NCBI GenBank assembly: GCA_000934665.2
Contig: KZ538035.1
Span: 1-64,000, forward strand
Length of the DNA: 64,000 nt
Direction of reading: 5' to 3'
From: Catajapyx aquilonaris
Lineage: Eukaryota
Under the pieces are notes generated by a model that ran no database searches, was not told the DNA's origin, and saw only the letters and a program-made list of their open reading frames with translations. Position 1 is the stretch's first letter. Each line of letters begins with the position of its first letter. Positions 10,530 through 25,500 of the stretch are shown here, in pieces. Both the position numbers and the translations under genes were made by a program.

Positions 10530-13500
10530 CTAAAACGGTGAAAACGTGATTGATAGCACTCCATAAAGTTAGTTATTTTAAGGCCGTGTTACTTGCCTCA
10601 TTTGGTAGTTGTGCATGCGGCAAACCTCGTCGTACTTGTGGTAAGTAGACTGGAAGAGGAGGTAGGACTCCCCCCACTCGATCTGCACTCGCAGTTGGTT
10701 CTTGTCCGTTAGGTACGAGCTGGCCGGTTCCTCCAGCTGGAACATCAAATTACTTACTAATAGGTAGCAAGAAAGTCACATGATCAGATCACCTATAAAT
10801 ATACAAGGTGTTTCCAATTAGACTAACGACAATGGACTGACTATTACTCGGGTGGTCGTCTCGTTACTGAGATTTGCTTCGATCGTATGGTAAATATAGA
10901 ATATCCTATCCTTTCATTTTGATTGCCTCAGCGACTGACACGTGATGAGCCGCCATTTCATTTAACCTGAAAGGTAATACCACTTAAATTAAACAACAAG
11001 GTTCATACTAATGCTCTGCCTGCTTTCCTCGTCAGTCCATTGCTTAAACCGCAAGGCGTCGTGAGTCACTTCACATTGTTAACTTGTGAGACTCATACCC
11101 TAGCAATCGTCAATCCAAATAGGAAACACCCCGTACATATTCCAGCAGAAGCCAAATCATCAAGCCGGCAGCTATCTACCTTAATAAAACATGAAGCAGA
11201 GAGTATAAAGAGGGGACTACTATTATGTTGCTTCCTTCTAACTCATTCATCACTTGTAACGTTGTAAGCACTAGTTATAACTGAAAGACGGATTGTGTCA
11301 AATATGCCAGGGCGTAACTTAACCTAATGAATAATAATTGATTGTGAGCGTAAGCACCTCCTTCAGTCCTCTCCTCCGAAATCCCGCTTCTCTCTTCCCA
11401 AAACGGGAACAGCGCAGTAAAGGTGATGACAAATGGCAGTGATTCCCGCCCTCCGGATGCCAACATGCTTGGCCCCACCCATTTCCCGCCCAATTCGTCT
11501 TCATTCACAGCTGCGCTGGGTCCTCTCCAAATTCGTCTTATCTACCAGGGACTCACTTATCTCCCTTCCCGATAGAAGACGATGACCGCCATGGCAACAG
11601 AGGATTCAAATGGCGCCCTATTCTCTTCACCAGCAGATCCAGAGGACGCATGGATCCAGCACCAGTCACTAACAGATAGATAGCGGCGGAGATTGCTTTG
11701 AGTACCGACAAATTGCGGCCCAGTCTAGTTCTCTCATGTGAATAATAGATAGGGGCATCCCCAGTCCTGTATCCAAGCAGAACAGGGCGTAACGAGGGCC
11801 CTAATTACACCTACCCCACTACGCACCGCAGAACGACGCAGAACGTCATCGGGCCAGTCCGCATCGCCATTTGCACCTGATACACTTCTTGTTACGCACG
11901 AAGCAAAGAACGTAACAAGATGTTACATAATCCAGTGCTTGCTGGTCAACAATGAGGTTTGAATATACTGTATACATGAAGAATGGCCTAGAGCTCCAGT
12001 CTATAATTAGGTTGTTGTAAGCGTTAAAAATAGTTTAGTACTGGCGAAAGACTTTTGTTTTGGTTCTTTAGAGAAAGTTGAGAGTTTCGGAGCTTTACAT
12101 CGGCATAATACTGCTGAGAACTTCTCTCGTGGGATGCCGGTGTGGATGGCGTATAATGTGTTTAGGGAAATGTTTTCCTTTCTGGAGCATTTCCAGGATG
12201 GATGTCATGTCCAGCGGGCAAATTGGGAATGGTGGAGACGTTCTTTGATCTCCGCTGAGTAATAAGCGAAAGTATTTTATGACGGGGTTGAGGGCCTGCT
12301 CGCAGCACGTTGGATCAATTTTGACAAAAATATAGTTGTGAAAACAGGATGGGTTCAACGCAACAGGAAAGGTTAATGGCCAGGAATAGAACATTTAACA
12401 TGTTTTTTGGGCTGTGTTTACAAATTTTATAAACTTTATGGTTATAAACTTTATACTTCTGTATGGTTGAAATGTGAATTGTCCAGCCCACCATAGTGCA
12501 ACAGGTATAAGTGTCAGCATATACTATAACTCGAAAGTTACGAGTTCGTGGACCACTTCGTCTCAACCTAAGTTCATGCAGATATGTTTACGCAAGTTGC
12601 TCTGGAGTTGCTCATTCCAAGCGAGCGGTTAACATTACCAACCCATACAGTAGTCTACTTGCTGGAATCAGATTACAGCGACCTGGAGAAATAATTAAAT
12701 TGCAGCTCTACAAACTACCGTGTAATTAGGCCACAACCCATTCTTTCCACACAATGCTTTACAAAATTTTGCGCAGTTCAGATTTTGGTAAGCTGTAAGC
12801 TAATTAAGTGCCCAGACCTCTTGTCACTGCAACTCTGCTGTGATTAATAAAATAATACGCTTTTGCTTTCTTCTGCAATAAATTAGAGAATAATTCGTCC
12901 TATTATCTCGTGGAAAAAGGATTGCAGTAAAAATAGTGCAGTTTTGTCGAATATACCTGAAGACGCCTATGATACCTAGGTCATACCAGTAATACGTCTA
13001 CAAATTTGAAGTCCTTCAATAAATTTTTAGTTTATTGAAGCTTTAAAGTGTTCATAGTGCATACGTGTTGCAACTTACTTAACCAGATGCATAATGGAAC
13101 GGAAACTAACACATTCTACCCTTCCAACAATTACACTCCTTTTAAAAACATATGCTATATTGTGAACCAATCATCATCATTAAAAATTCTCCAGGCCATC
13201 ATTTGCAAATTGGCCCTAAATATAGTTTTACTAGAGTGCATCTAGGTAAATACGCTACCGGGTAATATTGGTAAAACCTTTACAGGGTATTGTACGAAGT
13301 TCGTGCACATTCCGTTCCTCCAGTGTTACTTAAGAGTAAATTCTCTGAGGTGTATTAGCTATCATATGCATGTAGGATAATGTTTCAATTAGCGCAAAAA
13401 TACTGTGCATTAGAAACACTTTATTTGACCAACAGAACGTGTTATACATAGTGGAAGCTGCCCTTCATTTTTGCACGCCTTCCTTATTGATTCGACGCAA

Positions 13501-16500
13501 TTTATGCTTGTCAATTTTCCTGCGTGAGCATCTCTGGAGGCTAGGCTGGATTTTTAATTAATCCGGTAATGACGATGCGGATAATAGGCAATCACGTTTG
13601 GAATTCCCACATACACACTGGCCCACTGAAAATCACGTTCGCAAGGACAGTCGCGCACCATGCAGAAATGCTCGCCTGCAATTGCCACGGATGTTGTTGT
13701 CATTAGCGCCCGGGGTCGCGATAATAACACTATCGCTCATACAAGGTGGAACTTTTACCAAAGAAATTAATTTCGTCCCAAATTGTGGGATCTTATCCAA
13801 TCTGCTAGTTCCGTCCGAAGAAGGGTGTCCAGGTTGTCACCAGGATTTACTACGTCCATTAGCTGGGGTGGGGGTCGGCTCTTTCGCTTTTGATCAAAGC
13901 AGGGTTCTCTGATCCAGGGGTTAACTCTCACACTCAAGCTCTAGGGACGTCGAGACGCCTTCTTTACCCCATGCCTCTCTTCTCAAAAAATAGAGGGAGG
14001 TGCAAGGCAGCTTTTTGGCCCCCTGCAACAGCTAGGGCCATACAAAATATCGATTTGAGGATTTACGCCTCGGTTTCGTTGGCAGTCCGACCTTACTACT
14101 GTATACTGTGTAGGGTTGGGAAATCCAGCCGTACAGTACTGCACAGCCTACAGGTGTGCGCCTATTCTGGTAGACAGCACGTGTTTCAGCACATATGACT
14201 AATGGTTGCTCCATATCTGCTTACACTGCTGTGCTCGTAATGTACTGACTTTTTTTCAAGTCGAAATTACACTGATTGTAAGTGGAGCCACAATTATTTC
14301 CGATCCATGGTGCAATCATTCCGCATGCAAAGCATTTGTGTTCTGTGCAGAACATTTGAGTTTGCAACAATTTGGAAACAATGTTGGAACATTGTTCTGA
14401 TGTGGAGGCACAGGATCTGATTACGCAGTCCAATTTCTGGGTTCATAGTCGGCGCCTGGGGGGTATAATGCAATTCAGGACAACGGGAGGAACTTGGTGG
14501 GCCACTGGGTCAGCTCCCTATACAGTTCCAGAGGCTCTGGAATCCAATACTGTCCAAAGGCAGTAGAAGTTCAGGGCAAAGACCAGCGAGGAAACGGGTT
14601 GGGCCACTCGGGGCACTCAGGTTGTGGGACATTTATGCAGTTTTGATAAAAACGGAGGCGGCTGAAATGGATCAATGCAGGATGGTGCATCCAGAGTCGT
14701 TGCTAATTCATACGAGGTCAACTGTGTACATGGTAGGTAAAAAGTAAGGAAACTAACATGTTTTGAACCTGTACACATTTTCAAATATGCAAATTACGCA
14801 TTATGTCCCATTATACTATGCACTGCATATCGGGTAGTGATTTTCTTCAAAGTGCGTCATTACTCTGTAGCCTTTCTCGACCTTCGCTGTAAAACAAATT
14901 ACGCAATTTCTTCAGCTACACTGCAGGTGATTTCAAATTCCATTGGGATATATTACTGCAGTGTCCGAGTACAGTATTTTTTGGTTCCCAATGGCGACCT
15001 CTCGTGTCCCATCCGGGGCTTGAAGAATGCAGCAGTCCTTGCATACCAATACTACTACTCTGCAGTAGTTAGGTTACCGTGCGCGTCAGGTTACTATGGG
15101 CGCTTTTTCCGGGGTTAACCCGTATTTGGTAGCTTGCATCCAGAAACCCTTGAAAATGCACCCTGCATCCTAATGAGGCACAAGTGTTAGGATACGCTAT
15201 TCAAAATTTTCCATCTCCAAAAAGGATCTGCCTTATAAATAATGCATCCTAAAGTATAACACCGCATGCTCCTAAAAATGAATCAATGCCTCACAAAAAA
15301 AGTGTCCCGGAATATGTCAGCCAGGTATAATTTTCCTGATTTTCACTTGGGAAGGCCCCTAGCAACAATAATATGCAATTCGGTTGTAATTAATAGGACA
15401 ATACATTATGTATGTCCATACATGATGTAATTATCTGACTATGTCCTAACTTTCAACATGAATCTTGAGTTTTGCATTATACTCCACCAACTTGTGAGGG
15501 TGTCATGGGAGTCTGCTGCAGCACCTGTCGTTTTCAGGCTGATATTCAGGCCCTCCACGCCAGTTCTCTCCACCAATTTGTCACTATTCCAACATTTTAC
15601 GAAGTTTGCGCCCGTTACTGCAGGTGATGTGTAGTTAGGGTAAAACTTTTCGTGCCATCAGGTTTCAATCGCAGGAAAGTGCAACTTCAGATGATGAGCT
15701 ACTCGTCGGAGCTCTGCAGTTGTCAAGATTCACTAAATTATTTGTTTTGAATATACGAAGAGTCAGCAGCAGATTTTCCTAAGAGAAAACAGCCCAAGGC
15801 AGGGCAGAAATATAATGCAACTTTCCTCATAAATGACGTAAATATATACCAAGCTAGCTGTAGCACACTGTTGTTCCCAGCAGTTGGATTGTTTATGTTG
15901 ATGGCTAGTTCCCACTGCCAGATAAACTATATGGTTATGCCACTCCTCTTATACAGTTAGTGCTACATACCCTATATATTAAATGAAGGGTTGCTGATTA
16001 AAAAATCAATGGTTCAAAACACGAGTATAGTTTCGCAGGTATATTTGGTTGTATTGTAGCTTACCTTCCAACGTTCAGCTATACTTCATCGTCCAATTAC
16101 TCTAATGATAACGCTAACGGCTAATTACGCGGGGTGTTATTTTCACTTCCCGAAAGCGTACAGTACATGCCGCATGTTTTTGTCCTCAGACAGGTGCACC
16201 AATAATTATTCCAATGGATGCAACCCTAGTCGTTGCTTTGTGCAAAAAATTGCAATTTGAACGGTGATCCAAATTCCCCGTGATTGCTTTAATACTCAAC
16301 ATCGATTGAAATGTAATTCTATTTATGTGGGGAAAAGAGTGACAGCAGAAAGAATGACGACTAAACTGTGAATATCGAATTATCATTCACAAACAGGCAG
16401 ACAGAATGGAAGGTCTTTTTTTTTAGCTTTTTGGAGAACCGAGCAATGAAACAAAACCTATTTTGTTCCATATCATCCATTATGCTTATTTAGTCTAGAC

Positions 16501-19500
16501 TGCCGTTTTGCTAACATGTAGACCTACAAAAACGTCCATACTGTACAAATGTGGACGTCCCTGTTAGAAGGGTGGTGCTATGTTCGTGGGAACAGTTACG
16601 TGTAATAACCTTTCGTGGACAAGATAGAGGGTCCCCAATCTGATTTATAGTATTACTCGGTAATTCTTTTTGGAGATGTGCCGAGTGGTGGACGCCCGAA
16701 TTACAACTAATGGAAATTGATGTCTTTCCGATTGATTTCGCTGGAGAGGAAATATCACAATGTCAAATCTTAATTCAACATCAGTAACTTCGCACCAGTC
16801 ACAAATACGCTTGCAGACTACTTGGCATCTAAAAAGCGGATAATAATAGGTCTAATTCTTGATTATGAACTTTGACTTACATCTGAACCGATGTTGTAAT
16901 CGGCGCGCCGAATAGGTGACTTTGTAACCTGCCAACATAGACAAAATTGCATCGTGTACATTTCACAAGTAAAGCATGCAATAAGCAGTTTGTAGCTGTT
17001 GCATATGCAAACGTGTGAGTCATAAGGCCCCACCATTGCGAGTTGAAATACGCAGCATATATACTATGTGCAGGGTGTGTCTGGCACAAACTGGTGCACA
17101 AACATTGCACTTGCATGAAGTTAAGAGGCCAAATGAAGCGCAAGTACGGGCCGTGTAAAAATATCACTCTAATTGTGGCTGTCAGTTCATTTTGAAATTA
17201 CATTACAATCCTCACACAGACGTACTGCACATGACCAGTTCAATAACCTATATCCATACAGTATGTCCATTGAAGATTCTTTGGGCTGTTATTTCATTAG
17301 AATTGACGGCGGCATGTAGAGGAATATTTTGAACGTGTAAATCAGTGTAGGCATAATAGCGAAATAGACCGGAAGCTAAGCAGAGAATTACCTCTTTGAT
17401 GGGCACGTCGGATTCCATAATTATTCCGTCATCAACGTCCTCTTGTACGTAGTAGTGTGAATATGGTCCCCGAAGCAAGGGAATGGGCTCCATGTGACCA
17501 GACTTGGCATGGTAGCGTAGAAGGTAGGCATTCCAGCACACATATCTGAAAAGCAAATCATCAGTTTACAGTTGCATCCATTCGAAATTCTGTATGCCAC
17601 ATAAGTTAATGGCATTTAAATTATCGGGATCAGGAATTATTGTTTTGATCAATGATGTGACTGAAATGAGATTGGCAATTTTCACTCACTAAATTATCTG
17701 CAACCACCACACATGGTTTACATGTGATAGTGTGGAGTATCTGCACATGGGATTTGTGGCTGGGTAAATAAATAGTGTGATAGTGTGATATAACTGTGAG
17801 GTAGATCATGTGCATATTAATTATGTAACCCACACTATAATTTAAAGGTAGGTATATTTGATCATGGTACAGTTACAAAAGCCTCATAAATATATGTCGT
17901 ATAGAATATACAAGTAGATCATTCATGTTCCCCCCCCCCCCCTTTTGGGATCAGCAAGAGATAACGAGCTGAATATTGTCGCTTCATGCCTGGGGATTTA
18001 AACAAAAAAGAGAGGGGGGGGAGAGAGATTTGATTTGCGCGGAGGTCTGACTGTAATGCAATAACCTGTGTATTGTTGGGAACCTCTCCTCAAATGTCGG
18101 TCCTTCTACTGCTACAACATGGCATGCATCCAGGTTTTTCCTTTTTGGAGTTTAAACGCACAAAAAGGCATCCATTTTGGATCAGTATAGTTAACCTGTA
18201 GGGGTTGTTAAACCACCAATAGTATTTCTAACTTTCTAAATGCACATACTGTACGCTAAATGTGCGGTAATACCTCGTAAATCATAAATCATGAAATGAA
18301 TGTAAAATTACTCGGAAAAAAAAATTCACACGACTACTTTTGTAACACTGTATCAACCCATCTCCCTTGCTTAATATAAAATGATATTCCGCCAGCACAA
18401 TAATTAGGATTCATCAGCAAAGCAATATCAACTCATTTTCGTAAGTCATGGGGAAAAACTCACAGAAAATGTTTTCTTTGATCTTGTATTAGAGATTGGG
18501 GAGAGAAGACGGATTTTGATTAAGATTCCAGGAATTAGACCGTCTTTGGCACTACCACTCCCTCGAATGAAGTAATCAATTCTTGAAACTCTTTGCAAAT
18601 GAGGTTTGGTCGGATTCGACTGGTATCAGAGCCTGAGAGAGATGCGTCGCGACGCTCTGCACCCAAAGGCTGTCAGCATGGCCAACAGAGAGAAATTCAG
18701 TACTTCTTCTCGTTTTACCCTCGCGTTAATGTCAAACAACTGGGACAGCTCTGCACTCAACTGGAGAAAACCAATCTTTTATGCTGATTTTAGTAAGGAA
18801 AGACGTTTTACTGTCGCCTCATGCAGATTACGTACTGAATTCTGCAAATGCGAAACTTGCATTTAATCTCAGGCTAACCGCCAATTCGAATTTACAGTAT
18901 ACTAATTACATTTAAATTTAGTACATTAGTGTACTTCCCGCAAGACTGTATACACTGAATGAAATAGCTTGGTTGTGGGTCTGTTAGCTGCTCTGACCAC
19001 AATATTAGTTCAAGAAAACCAATCACCTCAACAATTATTCTGATTGGTTGTCATACACAAAATTGTGGTTGAACCAAATCTGCTCATAAAATTCGGTTAT
19101 AGCAACTACAATCAAATATTTTTCTTTCAGTGTAGTAGTCCTCTTCAAAAAAAGGGCAACTGAAACACTAATGGTATAATTTGGTTTGTGACTTTCATCA
19201 AAACGCAGTCCATGAAGCAAATGAAATCCTCAAGCCCTGAGGCGGAAGTAATACTTTTTTTACGGGACCAACGCGCATTTGAAATGTAATAGGCACCGGG
19301 TAGCCTAGCAATCAACAACTATCATTCTCTCCGATCTTCCCGTGCTGTCATCAGGTTTCCCGGAACAGAAGGTTTATTAAATTGATTGATTGAGTGATTG
19401 ATTGATTCTCCCCGCAGAAAGCTGAGAGCAAAAAAAATCTCGTTTGCAGCCAGACGAATGATGTAATAACTCACTGGCTTTGAATTCATTTTATTCGAAC

Positions 19501-22500
19501 ATGTTTGAGAGTCAGGAAGTCAGAGAGCAATTTTTACTCCCTTCCCAATAGAGCAATATTGGGGTTTAAAAGGAAAAGTATTGGAATACTGGTGTTAAGC
19601 CCCTGCTGCGAAAATATTTTGACTTCTTTTAGCCAGTTTTGTCAACACATGGGTCAGACTCATAACCACATTTTTTTAAAAAACTAATACTGTATATCGA
19701 TCCACCTCCCACACAGGCTGTGATATTCTCGACCCCCTTTGACAATGATACCGCGGCAAATGTGGCACCAAAATTGCCGGAAGTTGGCCCACCCCGCTTG
19801 CGATTAGCACTATTAGACGCGGTGAAAGGCCGGCAAAAAAATGGCATATCAATTTGTCACGTTCGGTTGACAGGCCAAGGAACCGGAAACTTTCTAGCCC
19901 CTGAGCCACACCCATCATTTAGCCCTCTGACTCCAAAACCTCGAGCATATACCGAAGTATTCCGAATTAGACCGAACTATACCGAATTATACCGAACTAT
20001 ACCGAATGATACGGAATGATACCAAAGTCTGAATTTGGAAGTGGTTTGGCAAAAGAGAAGCAAATGAGATGAAAATAAGGTTGAGACTGGAAGTGCTTGC
20101 TATGATCAAAAGAAAAAGGAATAAACGAGGTGAATTTTGAGATCGGCTTGTGAGAGCTATGCACGTGGCTTTGGTTTACAGGAAAGGGTCTAGAGCAAGA
20201 GGAAGTTGGGTCTGATGGTCCCCGAGGGGAAGGAGGAAGAGGAAGGCGCGTGTTCGGGTCCGTTTCTATCAAAGGCTGTGAATTGTGGCTTCTCTAGCGC
20301 TTTGATTCCTACTTCTGCCATGAGATAAGGTGATTTATGGCACTTTGCTTCCGACTTGGCCGGATTACTCTGTATTTCCTCACTTGAGGTGCACATGTTC
20401 CAGCTGAACCACTTTGTATCCCTGCAAACATCTTGATCAACTTGGTGTTCACTGTTCATGATTAGAAGTATATACTGACGGAAATGGGTGTGAAGTATTA
20501 ACACCATTTAAAAAATTTCACAATATGAGGTAAATGTGTGATGGAAATTGTGTACACAACAGGTTTTTGTAAAATAAAGATTGCGGACAATATTTAGGTT
20601 AGGCTCCATGTATATTGGTGTGCCAATGTCCACTGAGAATCAATTGCACTGAAGCGGGAACGAGAAGTCAACATGGTGTAACCAGCGAGTTGGTAGAAAG
20701 CACAGGTTTGTTCAATTTGTGTGGTACGTAAACATTGTGGCCATGTGTAAATAGAGGCGTATCTATCGGGCGGGTGGGAACCCAGGTGCCCTTCCCAGGA
20801 ACACTAATCGGATTACAGTAGCAAAATGGACGTTGTCCGAGGCAGCCATGCACTCCACGGACGCTCTTCATACACGCCCAAACGCACAAAACGTTTAATC
20901 TCATCTGCACTCTAGTATTACTTTCAAGGGCTATATGCGCTTAGCTGCCCACATTATGTTCAATAGACTGTTGTAATAATTACAGAACCGAATTTACTTA
21001 CAACCTCTGTGAATATTGGAGACTAAAAAATGTATGTTCCTCCATCTCAGCCCTCCAGGCCTACCAGGCGGAACCGCAGAGTATAGCCATCCGAAATGTG
21101 ATTATATCGGGTAACTCAGGTATGTGGTTGCTCTTCGGGGATATGTTTGAAGCGGGAAAATTAGCATAAGGATCATGCATTAGAATTGTATATATGCGCA
21201 GACCTGGTGGGAATAATAATAGAGGCTGGTTCCCATTCTCGCCAACAGGTTTTCCGGCCAAATCGATACCTGCTGGCACAAGCAAGAAAAAAAGAACCGC
21301 CTCCACCTACACACACATTGTGTATAGACACTTTACCTTTTTTTCTGTGCTTTACTTAAATGTTGATCATGAGTGACACGACGTCCCAATTGCCTGCCTC
21401 TGATTGATTGATTGACGCAGTGGAAGGATTCGATTGATTCTCTTCGTCCCGCCCACAATCCCCACCTTCCTTGCTGTTTTTTTGTGTGTGTTGGTGTCCT
21501 CCTTTTCTCGAGGCTGGCGAAATGAAGATTGACTTTCTGGCCCTCTTTGCTTGCACACACCGCCACTAAACAAAATCAGCCCTGTCAGAGCCTCATGATG
21601 ATGCGACTTTAATTGCTCATCAATCAATTTCATCCTAAACTCCTGCAATGATCAGATCAGGGTGAAAAGACTGTGGTTCGTTTCTGTTGTAAAACCAAAA
21701 CAGTAGAAAATTTTTTAAAATATTTACAATTTCCCGCCAAAATAAACACACCTGCTGCTACTAACATATGTAGTAGCAGTGAGTGTATTAGCAAGGGACT
21801 GCATTAATTTGACTAGAAGCCTGTCTTCAATAAGTAATTGCAGTGTAATACACTGTTTGTGTCCAACCTGCTTCTTAATTTATAACGTGCTTTAGGATAA
21901 TCTAGGGTCTTGAGTATATTGTGGCGTATATCGTGCTGTCTACATAAAGAAATAGCATGTTGGCTTGGCAATTAGTTGGAGGGGACGCTTCGCACACACC
22001 TGTCGGCGTCCCGCTACTAAATAAATAAGACATGTCACGGACGTTATCGAACCAGCATTAAGGATCACGTGATAGCGTGACACTAGATCAACCACCACAA
22101 CGCCCAATCCATTTGCCAAAAGCTATGAACTTGTGTTGTCTTTAGGAAAATGGAATATGAACATTCCAACAGCGGAAGTGAAATCAGAAATTTATTTTCG
22201 CTCCCAGGCATATGTGTGTGTTTGAAGCGATGCATGCAACAGTTTTCTTCGTCGGTCGGCTCCTAGCAATATACCACAAAGCAGGTAGTGTCGTTTACGC
22301 AATTGTAGTTCCGAATGCGAGTGGCGGTGAGAGCAAGCAAGGCCTGATCAATGGGCCAATCACGTGCATCACTCGCCATCATTCTCTCTTTATCCTACTT
22401 TGAAGCGCCAGGAATGTTAAAATGAAATTCATCCACATATTCCTATAGCATAATAGCAGCGCTGGGATATTGGTGGGTCAGCAGCTGTGTGGGAGATGAA

Positions 22501-25500
22501 AGAGCGGACTGTGTGGGAGTGATGGTCGCAGAGGGCTAAAGGCAGTATCACATACTGTATAAGGCAGTGGGAGGCTGGGGTATAATCCTTTTAGATTATG
22601 TGGCTATATACACCAGTTTTCATTCGGCTGGCAAGGCAGCATGAGGGTGAAAATAATTGATGCCTCTGAACAGCCTCTGAAGCTGAGCAGAAACACCATG
22701 CCTTTGAAGCAGCAGTAGTACTTGGCTTCCGGTGCCTGCCTCTCTTGCTCAACCTCCAACCTATACTTCCAGGGGGAATTCTTCAGCAGCAAAAACCAAG
22801 GAGACGAGTCCAGGCCAGAAAAAGATGGAGCAAGAAAAACTCTAGAGAACAAACCAGGTCACATATTCCAGTACACAGCCGTACCGAATTGGCTTACAAA
22901 ACTCCGCAAGCTTGTTCGGATCTATCGTGAAAGGAGTGGAGCTCAATAACTCTTTTTCCCCGAACTTTCAGCCGGAGGAGATGCGGTAGGTACATACTGA
23001 TTATTCCGCCTACATGGCCAGGCTTCTGCGCTATAAGCCGTATATGGGATGGATGAGTGTGAGATAGCGGGCAAGAGAGGAGGAAATTCCCTGTGGGTCA
23101 TCCCGGACACAGAGCGGTCTGCAATTCCCTTGCACCATAAGAAGATAGATGGGATATTATATAAGTCGTGGCCGACTAGATGGAAAATGAACCCTCATCT
23201 CGCAGCCTCTCCACCTTCATTCCACTTCTGGAAGGACGTGAAATACATCATGCCTTCCCGTCACTTCAGGAGAATGGCTTACTACGTTTTCCTGCTAATA
23301 AAACTGACAAAAACCTCGTGTGTTGAATTATGCTCTATTATATCAGAGAGGTGGTATATCTTCCATGGTCTATAAATACATGTTCATTGTGTGGCCTACC
23401 ATCCCGGCTAACAGATGGTATACCACATAATTATAACAAGGTCTACTCACCTATACGAGGGCTACTCACCACAAAGGAGTTCTTGTCAAACTTGCTTGAT
23501 TATCTCGGAGAATTTTCAGCATATGAATAGTATATAATAACTGGTGTACTCTACTCGTACAATACGTTTTGTGTGCACTATACCCAGCAAAAACATTTTC
23601 CAGTCAAGTTCTCTCTGTCGATGTCGGACTGATTACAAACCAGCAGTGGGTCTTAAAATTTTGGTCGGCTCATCCCCAGATAAAAGTGTCCTCATTTTGA
23701 GCTGCCCGTATACGCTTCGAGCAGGTGGACCGATATCGAGAAGCGTATAGAGACAAAAGAGTAATCTGAAAGATGTTTGCCAGTGGAAATGACAACACGG
23801 AGTCAGGCCTCTAGGCAAATGGAGTCCCATGTCTGCGGCCTTTGATGTCGAAGCAGCCAGTGCGAAAAAAAAAGCAAGCCAGAGAGAGATTAGCTCTGGA
23901 TCTCCTCTTTGAAACGTGCACATACCTGTGGCCTACAACATTCTAACGCTCCGATTGCCCACGTAGAGCAGATTGCTCACTTTATAGATCCGATTTAGCA
24001 CGCTTTGATTATCCAAGGGCGAGGAACACCAATAATTCTTTTTTGCTCTATCGGTTTACAAAATGAATGCCTATGAGGCTCTTGGTGTTGGCCGGAGAGT
24101 GAGTCAACAAGTGCCGGAGTGAGAAGCAGAGAGCTGACCGATGAATGGACGGTCATTAGCCAGCCCTTTCGCATTAGCAATGTCGTGAGACTTGGCGGAC
24201 GGTGACAACCGCCTCTTCTGTCAACGTCATTTCCTGTCATGAACCCTATGTGTGCTTGACTGTTGATTTTATACGCAATTATTGAGTAGCGATGTGAAAG
24301 TAGGAGAGAAAATGTCTGACCTGAGGTGGTTTCGAGGCACGTTGTGGATGTCCTTGTAGATCATTCTCAGGCGCAGGGTCTCCGAGTGTGTGTCTGCCTC
24401 GAGTCCCCAAGCCTGCTTATCTCGGTCGTAGCAAAATGTGGCACTTGCCAGGTGGTGGTTGAATGGAGGAACCAGCACCTGACACACACAGACATTAATT
24501 CATTAGTTCATTTCACTGCCTCATTACCAGCTGTGGCCTTTCATCCAGGTCAATTATCTTGTACAGATAGGTAGTTATATTAATCAAAATACTATTACAT
24601 GCTGACATTTAAATGCGTTTTCTGAAACGCTTGCAATAATTCAATAATAGGAGAAAGGATGCGTGCTGGGATCGAACTCTGGACCTCATAAGTGTGGAAG
24701 GCTGCGGCGCTCATCACTACACTACCGTGCGCCCCTAACGCTTACAGTAATAATAAGGGAAGGACAATGCTGCCATGTGGTGCGAGAGGAAGCACCCGCA
24801 CATTATGACGCGGTACTTTTAATCGCCGATTAAATCCAAGTGAAGCCCAGATTGGCAATTACAAAATTGCACTGTGAATGGATGTCATCCATGTTATTAC
24901 CCCTGTTATAAAAGGTGTTAGCTTGACACACGTTACACTTGTTTATCCCGGGCAGAAGTTATGCAAACCACACTTATAAAGTCACAATACGCGTAACCGA
25001 CGGAAATAATTGAAATTAATGACACGGCATTTAATGGGTCCGATTAGTAACTAGTAGTCATTAAAATTTTCATGACTCGGTGCAGGAGTGAACTCGTCAC
25101 CTAGTTTAAACAAGCATCAATTGTATTTGGCTTTCCATGTTCGCGCTCTGGGTAGGCCTTATTAAAAATAAATAATGATGGGCCAAGCTTCACTATGCCA
25201 TGAAGTGGTTACGGACCCGTTTCAATTAGGGGTTTTCGATAAATATTAATAAGGATACCTCACTAGACAGCATTGATTTTCCAATTATTTGCCTCTTCTG
25301 GGACGAATAACGTAGTCATATTGTCATTCACCATATGCATGATCAAAACCAGAGTTATCGTACTTATAGGCAATTTCACCACAAAACTTGAAGATGTTAA
25401 ATTGCATAAAAGAGGACATAAACCATATTGCACTGGCCATTTCTGGTTGAAGCCATCTTAAAGAAGCAAATCTGGGAAACGTGGCAGCAATATCGATTGT

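Noticed and set aside
14032..14566. Possible Gag zinc-knuckle remnant (CFACGMIAPWIGNNC)
   Set aside because: It lacks the His of CCHC, and no pol motifs or LTRs were found nearby.
19949..20026. Possible CRISPR-like array
   Set aside because: Contiguous 10-bp units with no spacers, in a eukaryotic context with no cas genes.
22722..22949. SNLYFQG resembling a TEV protease site (vector contamination?)
   Set aside because: It is not ENLYFQG and has no tag or vector context; a chance match.
24661..24735. Functional tRNA gene
   Set aside because: A and B boxes are present, but no coherent acceptor or anticodon stems could be formed; treated as a SINE head.
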